Shown here in pieces: positions 38,864-48,129 of a stretch of DNA of 64,000 bases. Below the pieces are notes generated by a model. It was not told where the DNA came from. It did no database searches and worked only from the letters and a program-made list of their open reading frames with translations. Position numbers and translations under genes: made by a program. The stretch comes from a virus, in IMG/VR virus record IMGVR_UViG_3300020469_000020, positions 41,192 to 105,191 of that record; one strand, given 5' to 3'. How positions within the stretch are numbered: position 1 is the first letter of the stretch; each line of letters begins with the position of its first letter.

Positions 38864-39510
38864 TACAACTTTTCCTCTGCTAAAGATTTATATTGCCATT
38901 CATCTGTATGACCAACTTTCCATTTGGCTTCTGTTTCAACACTATAATTTTGACTACAAACTTTAAAGTCTGGTTGTTTTAGTTTTTCAGATGTCAAACT
39001 GCTGTCATGCCAAATGATTCTATTATTAGGTTGTGCGGCAAATTGACCATTATCTAATTGTAGAATGTTAAATGATTTGTGTTCTGGGTCATGTTCACTG
39101 AAATTTATATCAATTGTAGAGTGTTCACTATGACAATTATCTACAGTAAACATGTAAACACCTTTATACATTTTTCTATCTTTTGCAAAATATTCACATC
39201 TTGATAAAATAGGTTTTCTAATAATAGTTATACTATAATCAAAACAATCCCAAAGTTGTAGTGCATCTAATGGTAACTGATCTTCAAGGTCAATATCTGT
39301 TTTCCAAACAAATGCACTAATTGGTAGTTTATCAAACAATGCTCCATATTCTGTCAATAGAGTTTCAAAATACAAGGCTTTACCCTGCACACTTTTTAAA
39401 CTTATCCAAACACCTGGTGTATATTCTCCATAACCTTTTTCCAAATCATATAGATATTCTTTTTTAACATAAAGATTAGTTAAGGGTAAATTATGAACTA
39501 AGAACGCCAT
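38863..39510 (-). CDS. Conserved hypothetical phage protein
   Basis: 215-aa ORF; LQLWDCF and [11 protein letters not shown] motifs. Confidence 0.7.
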   Translation of the reverse strand: MAFLVHNLPLTNLYVKKEYLYDLEKGYGEYTPGVWISLKSVQGKALYFETLLTEYGALFDKLPISAFVWKTDIDLEDQLPLDALQLWDCFDYSITIIRKPILSRCEYFAKDRKMYKGVYMFTVDNCHSEHSTIDINFSEHDPEHKSFNILQLDNGQFAAQPNNRIIWHDSSLTSEKLKQPDFKVCSQNYSVETEAKWKVGHTDEWQYKSLAEEKL

Positions 39511-40483
39511 CTTTTACTCCAAACTGTTTTTCAAATTCACGCAATCTTTTATACACACTCATAAGTTCTACAATTTGTAGCCATGAACGTATAATATACT
39601 GTAAACTTTCAGCTACTTTACTAAAGGCTCTTACTGTTTGACTTACTATACCTAATGTAATTCCACCTGCAACGATTGTCGGTCCCAATGCAGAGTACGG
39701 AACAATTACCATACCTTGAAGGTAACTCCATTTGGCAATGTTGAAATAAAAGTAATGTAGATAAGAACGGAAGTGAATGGCTCTAACATTAGCAAATAAG
39801 TTAGTAACGCTGTCTTGGTCTGCACGGTATTCATTGTCTTCTCCATGTACAAGTTCTTTGCGATATGCAGCTTCTTCCTTTTGTATATCATATTCTATAC
39901 CAGGTAGTTTGCAACCTACCAAACTTAATACAACAGTTCCTCCTAGTGCTGTTAATAAAACAACCCAAACAAGTCCATGATCAACTTGTCCAACGATAGG
40001 AAATTCTGTTACACTCTTACTTAATCCCCAAAGAATAGGAATAAAAGCTATTAACATTAAAACGGATTCTAGTAATCCAACACCGAGGTTTTCTGTGAGG
40101 CGGGCGAATTTTAAAGTGTCTTCTTGTACACGTTGACTTGCACCTTCAATATTTCTTACACGATTCCAATTCTCATGATAATATTCTGCCATACTTTGCC
40201 GCCAACGAAATGTCCAGTGATTTACTAAAAATCCGTTGAAAATAACATTGACAACAATGTATATACCTGCGATACTAAAAAAGTCATACATGTATCCATA
40301 ATATTCTTCAAGTGTCACACTTCCAGGTTGTGACAAAGCACGTTGTAACGCATCATAAAATCTTCCAAACCACTCATTTATTTGTACATCTAACTGAACA
40401 GTATACCATATTGCAAGAACAATTGTTAATGTTCCAAGAGTACTCCACAATCTCCAGCGACTATCATAGAAAAAACGAAACAT
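39491..40483 (-). CDS. sbmA: SbmA/BacA-family peptide transporter
   Basis: HWTFRWRQSM, IEGASQRVQEDT, LIAFIPILW, KLPGIEY..QKEEAAYRKELVHGED. Confidence 0.9.
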   Translation of the reverse strand: MFRFFYDSRWRLWSTLGTLTIVLAIWYTVQLDVQINEWFGRFYDALQRALSQPGSVTLEEYYGYMYDFFSIAGIYIVVNVIFNGFLVNHWTFRWRQSMAEYYHENWNRVRNIEGASQRVQEDTLKFARLTENLGVGLLESVLMLIAFIPILWGLSKSVTEFPIVGQVDHGLVWVVLLTALGGTVVLSLVGCKLPGIEYDIQKEEAAYRKELVHGEDNEYRADQDSVTNLFANVRAIHFRSYLHYFYFNIAKWSYLQGMVIVPYSALGPTIVAGGITLGIVSQTVRAFSKVAESLQYIIRSWLQIVELMSVYKRLREFEKQFGVKDGVLSS

Positions 40484-40514
40484 AATATTTCCTTATTATA
40501 ATATTTCATAAAAT

Positions 40515-40682
40515 TTAAAACTCAAATCTATTATCTAAATTAGCCAATGATTGTGCGTTACACTCTATAATCGGATAAACAATGTTTTCAAAATCAATAA
40601 GTGCTTTTTCATAAATTTGAGGATTCATGATTCCTACAGAGAGAATTACACCCGAAAAGAAACAAAATAATTTTGCTAACAT
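40515..40682 (-). CDS. Small hypothetical protein, 55 aa
   Basis: AGGAG RBS, hydrophobic N-terminus. Confidence 0.45.
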   Translation of the reverse strand: MLAKLFCFFSGVILSVGIMNPQIYEKALIDFENIVYPIIECNAQSLANLDNRFEF

Positions 40683-40696
40683 AAAAATCTCCTATT

Positions 40697-41329
40697 TCAA
40701 TTTTTAAAATAAAAACCTTTTCTTAGATAAGAAGGCGAACTAGTATATGTATAATCTATATATTCAATATTCTCCATACCTTCAAAAATAGGAATCATTT
40801 CAGACGTTTGATAATAGTCCATTTCTACCCAATTTGAATTTAACCTCAAATGAATTTCAATAATTTTGCCGTCAATCATCTCTATATTAGAGTATTTGTA
40901 TTTACCTTTCAAGTTTTTAAGAATGTTTGGAAATTTTACTTTATCAGTTGTTCTAACCCATTTATCCCATTTCCAAATGGGATTGTTTGTATTGCGAAAT
41001 CCTTCTACACATAGGATTTGTTCACCGTCTTCATAATCAATACTTAAATGTCTTCCTTTAAAAATTTCACACCAAAAATATCCTTCTGGTATTTCATCAT
41101 TCATAGATGGAGAAAGTTCTTTAAAAAAAGCACCTCTTCCCATTGACATTAAATTAACACAGGGTCTAATTATATAATTATTTTTTTGAGGAACTGAAAC
41201 TCCATGAGGACCACACACATAACCTAATCTTCTAGCAAGAATCAATTTATCAAATATCCATAAATCATCTAAGTGACATTTATTCCATGTCTCATCATCA
41301 TCTATATAATGTTCACTAATATTATACAT
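40697..41329 (-). CDS. Conserved phage protein, ATP-grasp-like
   Basis: DKL.LA..LGY, YIIRP..N..MGRGA, WCEIFKGRHLSIDY, NIEMIDGKIIEIHLR. Confidence 0.55.
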   Translation of the reverse strand: MYNISEHYIDDDETWNKCHLDDLWIFDKLILARRLGYVCGPHGVSVPQKNNYIIRPCVNLMSMGRGAFFKELSPSMNDEIPEGYFWCEIFKGRHLSIDYEDGEQILCVEGFRNTNNPIWKWDKWVRTTDKVKFPNILKNLKGKYKYSNIEMIDGKIIEIHLRLNSNWVEMDYYQTSEMIPIFEGMENIEYIDYTYTSSPSYLRKGFYFKN

Positions 41330-41335
41330 ATATAC

Positions 41336-41824
41336 TTATACTAAAAGTTTATTCTCAGTTGGAAAATCATAATTCATTTCAATACTATAAGTAGAAAACT
41401 TTTTTATTCTTGCTTCATGCCTACCACCTTCAAATTCAGTATTTAAGAAAGCATCTACAATATCTGTTATAATATTAGGGTCAGTATTTCTTGCACCTAA
41501 ACATAAAACATTTGCATTGTTATGTTTTCTTGTCATAATAGCAGATTCAACATCTTTACATAATGCTGCACGTATAGCCCAAATTTTATTTGCCGCCATA
41601 CTCATTCCAATACCAGTACCACAAACTAAAATACCGTACTGACATTTACCTTCCATAATTTCAGAGCAAACTTTTTTTGAATAATCAGGATAGTCTACAG
41701 ATTCTGAACTATTGCATCCTAAATTAAGAACCATATCACCTAGCTTTAATGTATCAGCAAGGAAAGATGCTATCATATCTTTGACTATATACCCTGCATG
41801 ATCGCTTGCAATTGCTATTTCCAT
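41336..41824 (-). CDS. rpiB: Ribose-5-phosphate isomerase B
   Basis: ASDHAG, DYPD, CGTGIGMSMAANK, HNNANVLCLGAR, FEGGRH. Confidence 0.97.
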   Translation of the reverse strand: MEIAIASDHAGYIVKDMIASFLADTLKLGDMVLNLGCNSSESVDYPDYSKKVCSEIMEGKCQYGILVCGTGIGMSMAANKIWAIRAALCKDVESAIMTRKHNNANVLCLGARNTDPNIITDIVDAFLNTEFEGGRHEARIKKFSTYSIEMNYDFPTENKLLV

Positions 41825-41996
41825 ATATTTTTATCTATAAAAATTTTAATAAATGTTTTGATTCATCCATAACTATAAAAAGTACAACATTAATATCAAT
41901 CATTAATTTGTCAATTATTTCTGGATAAGAATATGCGATAATGAGTATAGAATTTATTAAGTAAAATATGTAATCAGATGACATTAAACATTTTAG

Positions 41997-42020
41997 AAAA
42001 AGAGCGGATTAATCCGCTCT
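41997..42020 (-). terminator. Terminator after gp32
   Basis: Perfect palindrome AGAGCGGATTAATCCGCTCT followed by TTTT on the minus strand. Confidence 0.75.
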
Positions 42021-42029
42021 AGTTTTAGT

Positions 42030-42953
42030 TTATTCGCTTGCTAGTTTTTCAAAAAAGGCAAGTTCATCATCTTCGGCTGCAGGCGTTGTTACTCTATCAG
42101 ATTTAGCTACAAAGTCGGGAACAGACTTTCTAACTGGTTGTTCAACAGGTTCAGAAGAAGTTTCTGTTACTGTATGATCTACTTCAGTTTGAGAGTTATT
42201 AGGTTTACTACCAAACATTACAGACTGAAATCTTTTATTCAAATCATCATAAGACTTGTAATAATCACTTGCTGTAAATTCGCTTAACGAATATTGAGAA
42301 CGCCAAATTTTTTCCATTTCACCATCAGTTTCTGCCAACTGAGTTGGAGTATCAAATGAAGATTTATCATAAGTGATATAACCTTTTTCTCTTCTCATTC
42401 TCAATCGAAAATTACAACCTTCCAAAAAGTCAAACACATAAATTGGCTCTTCTGGTTTCATATCTGCAAATTCAGGTGCAGGAGGATTAATTTTCTCCTG
42501 AATAAATTCAAAGATTTTAGGACCGTATTGAAATAAAAATACTTTTCCTTCATTATCAGGATTTGTTGGATCTGAAATAACTAAAACATTAGAAACATAT
42601 TTCAATTTCTTTTTACGCAATCTTGCTAGAGTTTCGTTTTCAGTTCCACCTTCTGCCCACAATTGATTATTTGCTTCACAAATAGGACACTCTTTACCAA
42701 TACTTTTTGGACAATTATCAATTAACCAGCCATGAGGACCTTTAAATTCATGACGATGGTATTTTACATACTCTTCTTGTTCATCTGGACTTGGTGGCAA
42801 AAAACGAATGATAGCAGAACCTACACCATCTTTTGCTTCTAGTCTCCAAAATCTATTATCATCATAAGATGTATTTTTAGATTCTTTTTCCAACTTTTGT
42901 TGCATTGAAGCAAGTCTAGTTGTTCTAGATTTTAAAGCTGACTTGAAATCCAT
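42030..42953 (-). CDS. gp32: Single-stranded DNA-binding protein gp32
   Basis: DNRFW, AIIRFLP, HEFKG..IDNCP..CPICE Zn site, EGKVFLFQYGPKIF, acidic tail; promoter at 43015-43043. Confidence 0.95.
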   Translation of the reverse strand: MDFKSALKSRTTRLASMQQKLEKESKNTSYDDNRFWRLEAKDGVGSAIIRFLPPSPDEQEEYVKYHRHEFKGPHGWLIDNCPKSIGKECPICEANNQLWAEGGTENETLARLRKKKLKYVSNVLVISDPTNPDNEGKVFLFQYGPKIFEFIQEKINPPAPEFADMKPEEPIYVFDFLEGCNFRLRMRREKGYITYDKSSFDTPTQLAETDGEMEKIWRSQYSLSEFTASDYYKSYDDLNKRFQSVMFGSKPNNSQTEVDHTVTETSSEPVEQPVRKSVPDFVAKSDRVTTPAAEDDELAFFEKLASE

Positions 42954-43039
42954 AAATTATACTCTCCTTGAAAATGTTAATAAAAGCATTTTGATACAAA
43001 ATTCACTCTCAAAGATCTTAACACACTTAAATAATTTTG

Positions 43040-43684
43040 TCAAGTGCAAAAAATCTCTTTAACGATTTTTTTCAAACTTGTTGTCTCTTGCTCCTTTAAA
43101 AAGGTTTTCATTTTCTTCAGTCTTTGATTTATGATTGGAAAAAGAACATTTTCAGAAACTCTTGTTTCCATTATTTTTGAAAAATTTAAGACTTGATCCA
43201 AATATAAAACTGTTTGTGGTGATACTTGACTTTTTATTATAAACTTATAAATCATAGGAACTATATTTTCTTCAATTAAAAACATCGTGTTCATATTAGA
43301 TTTTTTTTTCTCTAGATATAATTTTATTTCATTTAACTCTTTTTCAAAAAAGTATTTTGGAGAATTTTGATAACTTGTCCAATATTTCCATGAAGAGACA
43401 TAATCTTCTGACATAAAGTATTCTATTTTTATTTTCGGATTATGGAATAAACCTGGAATAAAAAAATCTGGAAAGTCTTTTTTATCTTTTCCTTTTGCAA
43501 TAATACTATATGGTACAATATCATTAAAGTTGTGCTTTTTTATTTTTCCGTTATATTTCAAATAATTATAATTTTTAGAACTAAAATGTAATTTAATAGC
43601 TTGATATTTTTCTTTTACTTCCTCTGGTGTTACCAAAGATGTCTGGAAATTTCCTCGTTTTTGGTAAGAAGTTAAGTTGTTCAA
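43040..43684 (-). CDS. gp59: Helicase loader gp59-like (start possibly TTG at 43636)
   Basis: YQAIKLHF..NYNYLKYNGK motif; lies between gp33 and gp32. Confidence 0.8.
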   Translation of the reverse strand: MNNLTSYQKRGNFQTSLVTPEEVKEKYQAIKLHFSSKNYNYLKYNGKIKKHNFNDIVPYSIIAKGKDKKDFPDFFIPGLFHNPKIKIEYFMSEDYVSSWKYWTSYQNSPKYFFEKELNEIKLYLEKKKSNMNTMFLIEENIVPMIYKFIIKSQVSPQTVLYLDQVLNFSKIMETRVSENVLFPIINQRLKKMKTFLKEQETTSLKKIVKEIFCT

Positions 43685-43853
43685 ATTCCTCTCTTATATC
43701 TGATTTAAGTTTTCCTGAAATAAAAGGAGCAACACTTTCATATTCAATACGTCTTTCATCACAAAATTGAATTATAGTTTCAATTAAACTTTGATTTGTT
43801 TTTTGTCTTAAAACATAAATTTTTTTTTGAAAACTTTCAACAGTTTCAAACAT
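43593..43853 (-). CDS. gp33: Late transcription co-activator gp33
   Basis: IETIIQFCDERRIEYESVAPFISGKLKSDIREEFEQLNFL. Confidence 0.8.
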   Translation of the reverse strand: MFETVESFQKKIYVLRQKTNQSLIETIIQFCDERRIEYESVAPFISGKLKSDIREEFEQLNFLPKTRKFPDIFGNTRGSKRKISSY

Positions 43854-44273
43854 TTAATTTTCCTTTTGAGTTACGTTATCTTGTACAGAATTTTCATAAT
43901 ACTCTATAATATTTTTTTGTTGTATGATATAACGTCTAATTTCGGCTACATTCAATGATAGTCTTTCATAATCTTTAACTTCTATAGCATAAAATACCCA
44001 CTCCTTTCCTTGTTCTTTGTTTATTTTTTCATTAAAAGCATCTATTGTATCCGGTGTTATTACATACCATGTAATATTTTTATTAAGTTTTAATCCCTTT
44101 GGCCTAGCTTGAATGGGAATATTCTTTTCAATAACTTTTGTTTTTATAATAACTTCTGGTTCTTTTTGAACAGAAGGTTGTTTGTTACTACAACTGTTTA
44201 ATAAAAAACTAATTGGTAGTATCAGTAGAAGTAATTTCTTCCAACTCTGCAAAAATTTTAGAGGTAGCTTCAT
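43854..44273 (-). CDS. Outer-membrane spanin (o-spanin) lipoprotein
   Basis: Lipobox LNS-C; YERLSLNVAEIRRYIIQQK..IEYYE; overlaps the i-spanin gene. Confidence 0.75.
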   Translation of the reverse strand: MKLPLKFLQSWKKLLLLILPISFLLNSCSNKQPSVQKEPEVIIKTKVIEKNIPIQARPKGLKLNKNITWYVITPDTIDAFNEKINKEQGKEWVFYAIEVKDYERLSLNVAEIRRYIIQQKNIIEYYENSVQDNVTQKEN

Positions 44274-44610
44274 TTATACGTTTTTCAATAAGACCAGGTT
44301 TCTTTGAAGAAAGTTTTGTGAGATTATGATCATTCAATTTTTTCTGAAGGTCAATATTATAATTCTCTGCTTTCTGCAAAGACTTTTGAAGTTGTAATGT
44401 TTCTTTTTGTATTTTGGAATTTTGCTCACTTAAAACATTTACAGTAGTTTCTACATCTTTTAGACTGGATTTATACTTAGATGCTTCAGAAGTTTTAATT
44501 TCTAACTGATTTTTTAAATTTATGTAATGATTATATCCATAATATATACTTCCAGATACACTTAATAATAGTATTACTATTGTGTATAATTTGGTTAACA
44601 TATACTTCAA
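44209..44610 (-). CDS. Inner-membrane spanin (i-spanin)
   Basis: N-terminal TM, coiled coil, KPGLIEKRIN motif; GATAAATA at 44643-44650. Confidence 0.75.
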   Translation of the reverse strand: MKYMLTKLYTIVILLLSVSGSIYYGYNHYINLKNQLEIKTSEASKYKSSLKDVETTVNVLSEQNSKIQKETLQLQKSLQKAENYNIDLQKKLNDHNLTKLSSKKPGLIEKRINEATSKIFAELEEITSTDTTN

Positions 44611-44658
44611 TCTTTAATTTGAAATGATTTATCTTAATATTATATTTATCGTGTGCGG

Positions 44659-44858
44659 AATGTGGAAAAGAAAAAGAAAAGAAACTTAAACAAAAAACAA
44701 ACTTCAAAATACAAAAAACAGACAAGCACGGTGTTCAATATTCTCGGAGCAATGAACAAATTTTACTTTACCGAGGAGCAGTGAACAGTCAGGTTTAGAG
44801 TAGTTTTAAGGCCGCATTAGATGCGTGGAGTTTCTTAGTACATTCTCTTTTCCACTAC
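44659..44858 (-). ncRNA. Candidate structured non-coding RNA downstream of the coiled-coil gene
   Basis: Terminal stem GTGGAAAAGA/TCTTTTCCAC, internal hairpins, 13-nt direct repeat, five 7-nt U-rich repeats. Confidence 0.55.
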
Positions 44859-44865
44859 GAACAAA

Positions 44866-45444
44866 TTAGATCAAGTCTTCCTCCTGGAGGACCTTTTCCT
44901 CTTTGTCCGATAAACGAATAGTTGTTGAAACATTTAGTTCCAATAACTTATCGGTTATTTTTTGACGATGTTTTTTACATGTACGAATTTCTTTACGATA
45001 TTCTTCTACCTCTTCTTTTGAAATAAGAACAGTAGATACCGACATTCCTCTCAAATAGCGAGGAGAATCTTCTCCCTGTTTTTCAAGTTTTTCCATTCGA
45101 TTAATAATTTCTTCCGCAGTATATCTACGAACAGATTTACTATCATCTACCAGTTCGGATAACCAGTTAACGATATTTGTGACTTCACGTTCTTCAGTTA
45201 ATAATTTGGAAATACCAATTTCCATATTTTTATGTGCAACTTTTTCTCTCATAGAAAAAAGAACACTATTTAACACACGAAGACGTATTAAATTATTTTT
45301 CCATAATTCGGTGTTCTCCTTCATTTCTTCTACTACACGGTCTTTATCATCAAAAGATGATTGTACGTTAAGGTTAATGTCACGGATTATACCGTTGATT
45401 TCACTTTGAAGTGCGGCCGCTTTTCTTAAATTAACTTCTGTCAT
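44866..45444 (-). CDS. All-helical coiled-coil protein of unknown function
   Basis: 192 aa, AAGGAG RBS; N-terminus VNLRKAAALQ, C-terminus LLELNVSTTI.L. Confidence 0.8.
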   Translation of the reverse strand: MTEVNLRKAAALQSEINGIIRDINLNVQSSFDDKDRVVEEMKENTELWKNNLIRLRVLNSVLFSMREKVAHKNMEIGISKLLTEEREVTNIVNWLSELVDDSKSVRRYTAEEIINRMEKLEKQGEDSPRYLRGMSVSTVLISKEEVEEYRKEIRTCKKHRQKITDKLLELNVSTTIRLSDKEEKVLQEEDLI

Positions 45445-45466
45445 AATATACTCCTTAATTGCAAAT

Positions 45467-45553
45467 TGGTGCGGCAGGTCGGACTTGAACCGACAAGACT
45501 ATTAAGTCGACGGATTTTAAGTCCGTTGTGTTTACCATTTTCACCACAGCCGC
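45467..45553 (-). tRNA. tRNA-Leu (anticodon UAA)
   Basis: Cloverleaf: anticodon arm ACGGA-CTTAAAA-TCCGT, long variable arm, GTCGG-TTCAAGT-CCGAC T arm, encoded CCA. Confidence 0.95.
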
Positions 45554-45574
45554 TTTTTTATAATTTTACTATGA

Positions 45575-45607
45575 GATCAGTATAACACAACTGTTTTAAA
45601 ATGTCAA
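45575..45607 (-). promoter_or_regulatory. Sigma70-type promoter for the tRNA-Leu unit
   Basis: TTGACA-N17-TATACT with TG extension, followed by GATC. Confidence 0.8.
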
Positions 45608-45816
45608 GGTTTTTTTATTAATTCTTTCAAACCAAAAATATCATATCCATAATATAAAGTTACATATAACAACATAAAAACGATTGTGTTTACTAAACCG
45701 CCCCAAAATAATAATATAATTAGAACTTTGCGTATAATAGGTTTAACATAAATTGTGCATGGTAATTTATATATGCAGGAATCAATAAAATTATATATGC
45801 GGTTCTTGATTGCCAT
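45604..45816 (-). CDS. Small membrane protein
   Basis: Hydrophobic segment; GGAG RBS before MAIKNR. Confidence 0.5.
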   Translation of the reverse strand: MAIKNRIYNFIDSCIYKLPCTIYVKPIIRKVLIILLFWGGLVNTIVFMLLYVTLYYGYDIFGLKELIKKP

Positions 45817-45967
45817 GATCTTCTCCAATTGGAATATTTTGACGATGACACCAGTAATCATGTAAATGTCTTCTTCTCATCGGCCATAATACAAAGAAAG
45901 TTAATACTAGACAAATACCTAAACCTACTACTAAAAATAATAAGCCTCCAAATACTATATCAAACAT
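45791..45967 (-). CDS. Small membrane protein, 58 aa (missing from the ORF track)
   Basis: MFDIVFGGLLFLVVGLGICLVLTFFVLWPMRRRHLHDYW... Confidence 0.5.
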   Translation of the reverse strand: MFDIVFGGLLFLVVGLGICLVLTFFVLWPMRRRHLHDYWCHRQNIPIGEDHGNQEPHI

Positions 45968-45980
45968 ATCTAACCTTATT

Positions 45981-46562
45981 TTACATCATAAAATTATTTA
46001 ATTGCAAAACTTTATCTATATGAATTGGTTTGTAATCTGTCCATTCAACACATACACAACGATGATGTTTAGTTGGACTAAAATTTTGATGAATATGTCC
46101 ATGTACATTTATATGCGATCTATAAATTCCATCTTTTGAATAACTTCTTAAACCACTTATATCAATAGGAACATGAGTAAGTAATAAGTTATGCTCACGT
46201 AGTAAACGTAACATCATGACTTCTTTAAATAATTCGTTTTTAACAATCCATTTAATATTATCATGATTACCAACAATAAGTTTTTTCTTGCCGTTTAATG
46301 TTTTGAATTTGTCTGCAAAAGCAGAATTATTATTCCATGTAAGATCTCCAAGATGATATACTTCATCTTTTGGTTTTATAGTCTCATTCCAATTATCAAA
46401 CATGCAATTGTCCATTTCTTCGGCAGAAGAAAATTTATTTCCACGTATTAGATTACCATTAAAATCAATAAAGTTCAAGATATTTCTGTGACCAAAATGA
46501 GTGTCACTAATTAACCATATATCATTCATAATAATAATCTCTAGTTGATGGACCTTTTTCAA
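45981..46562 (-). CDS. Calcineurin-like metallophosphoesterase
   Basis: SDTHFGH, HLGD, GNHD, HGHIH. Confidence 0.92.
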   Translation of the reverse strand: MKKVHQLEIIIMNDIWLISDTHFGHRNILNFIDFNGNLIRGNKFSSAEEMDNCMFDNWNETIKPKDEVYHLGDLTWNNNSAFADKFKTLNGKKKLIVGNHDNIKWIVKNELFKEVMMLRLLREHNLLLTHVPIDISGLRSYSKDGIYRSHINVHGHIHQNFSPTKHHRCVCVEWTDYKPIHIDKVLQLNNFMM

Positions 46563-47589
46563 AAATGCGAGTTAAATCAGAGTTTTTCTTTTTATGAGTT
46601 TTATCATTAGATTGTCTTTTAGGAGAAGTCAAACCAATATCATAAGTATGCTCCCATTCTTGTTTTTTATGATAATCATATACATCTGAAATTAATTTCA
46701 TTTTCCCTATATCATGCACATTCCAGGCAGAAGAGCCATATTCATATAGTCTATCTAAACAATTTTGAATAACAGGAAATAACCATTTATCACGCCAATC
46801 TTCATATGTAGTAAACATATTTTCTGATTGCTTTTCAGAATCAGAATAAATTTCTAAATTAAAATATGGAGGTGAAGTTAAAACTAGATGTACTTTTTCA
46901 AAATCATAGTTGGGTATATTTTCAGCACCATCACAATATAATTGATATCTGCTTTTGTCAATATTTAAAAAAGAAAGCATCCTATTTAAATTTTCAAAAG
47001 TTTCTTCATTTGGCTCAAATCCAATATATTTTTGATTTTTTGCTAATGTACCGAGCAATCTTCCACCCCAACCACAACAAGGATCTAAAACAACAGGATT
47101 ACTTATTGTAAGATTTTGACGGAAACAAATTGATTTTGCTAGGTGTGGCCTGTACATAGTGTTTTTCGTCAAGCCACAACAGAAATAGATACCTCTCCGA
47201 AGTTCTGAGAGATACGGAGTTGAATGACTCTTACGATTCCATTTCAGAACTTTGACAAGATTTTCTTTAGTCCAACTATTTTCAAAACTAACACCCTTAT
47301 TATTTTTAATTTTAAAATAATTTGGAAAGAAATGTTCACATAATTTCATACCAACACGTACAGTTGAAGAACTGTGCTTACCTATACCTATTGCGGTGCC
47401 ATTATGTCGGTAACTAGAAACATCATATTCACATAATTTTAGCCAGTCTTTATGTAAATTTTGGTTATCATAACTATGTTTATAATCTATATGATATAAT
47501 TCTTCTGCTAAATTTTCTACAATATCTTCAAACTGTTGATCTGATAACTGTCTAAGTGAATTTTTTTTATTCAAAAATTGTAAAATCAT
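46522..47589 (-). CDS. Amino (N4-C/N6-A) DNA methyltransferase
   Basis: SAM-binding VLDPCCGWGGRLLG and catalytic TSPPYF. Confidence 0.85.
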   Translation of the reverse strand: MILQFLNKKNSLRQLSDQQFEDIVENLAEELYHIDYKHSYDNQNLHKDWLKLCEYDVSSYRHNGTAIGIGKHSSSTVRVGMKLCEHFFPNYFKIKNNKGVSFENSWTKENLVKVLKWNRKSHSTPYLSELRRGIYFCCGLTKNTMYRPHLAKSICFRQNLTISNPVVLDPCCGWGGRLLGTLAKNQKYIGFEPNEETFENLNRMLSFLNIDKSRYQLYCDGAENIPNYDFEKVHLVLTSPPYFNLEIYSDSEKQSENMFTTYEDWRDKWLFPVIQNCLDRLYEYGSSAWNVHDIGKMKLISDVYDYHKKQEWEHTYDIGLTSPKRQSNDKTHKKKNSDLTRIFEKGPSTRDYYYE

Positions 47590-48124
47590 AATAAAGATTC
47601 TTTTCTAAAAATTCTTGATAATCCAAATCAAACCATAATTGGTCTGACATTTTTTTCTGAATTCTGGCTTTATTTTTTCTTAAATTACCGCTCCAACCAG
47701 ATGTGGTCCTTTTCCAATCATATTCTTTAAAATTGGGTTTTTTAAAAATATGAAGACGATATTTATTTTCATTAATTTGAACAAGTGACCAAATTTCATC
47801 TTCATGATTTTCTGAAATATAATTTAGTTTTTCTGTTAGAGTTTCATATTTTGTAGTTCTGTGAGAAGAAATGGTAAGTTTGGGAGTTCTCTTACCCTCA
47901 ATACTTCCGCCTTTACAAGATATTTTTAAGTTTTCACATACAATATCAACACCTTGACTATGACTTCCCGCATTCCAAGTTGAATTTAAATCACATGCCA
48001 AAAAAGATTTGTGCAGAATATTTTCCCATGCTTGAGAATCTATTTTAAATTGATATCCACTGTGATGCCAGTGTATCCATTTTTGAATTTCAGAAAGCAA
48101 TTTCTCAGAAATATTAATAGACAT
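47567..48124 (-). CDS. Putative PD-(D/E)xK restriction-type endonuclease
   Basis: WE...SHSQGVDI...ISCK pattern; overlaps the MTase gene; ATG at 48124 with AAAGGAG RBS. Confidence 0.55.
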   Translation of the reverse strand: MSINISEKLLSEIQKWIHWHHSGYQFKIDSQAWENILHKSFLACDLNSTWNAGSHSQGVDIVCENLKISCKGGSIEGKRTPKLTISSHRTTKYETLTEKLNYISENHEDEIWSLVQINENKYRLHIFKKPNFKEYDWKRTTSGWSGNLRKNKARIQKKMSDQLWFDLDYQEFLEKNLYYDFTIFE

Positions 48125-48129
48125 AGAGG

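Noticed and set aside
41835-41984. 49-aa ORF between gp32 and rpiB
   Set aside because: No clear RBS, lies just after a terminator, very AT-rich; insufficient support
44531-44725. 64-aa ORF MSVFCILKFVF...
   Set aside because: No RBS, a by-product of the U-rich tract, and overlaps the i-spanin gene; better explained as non-coding RNA
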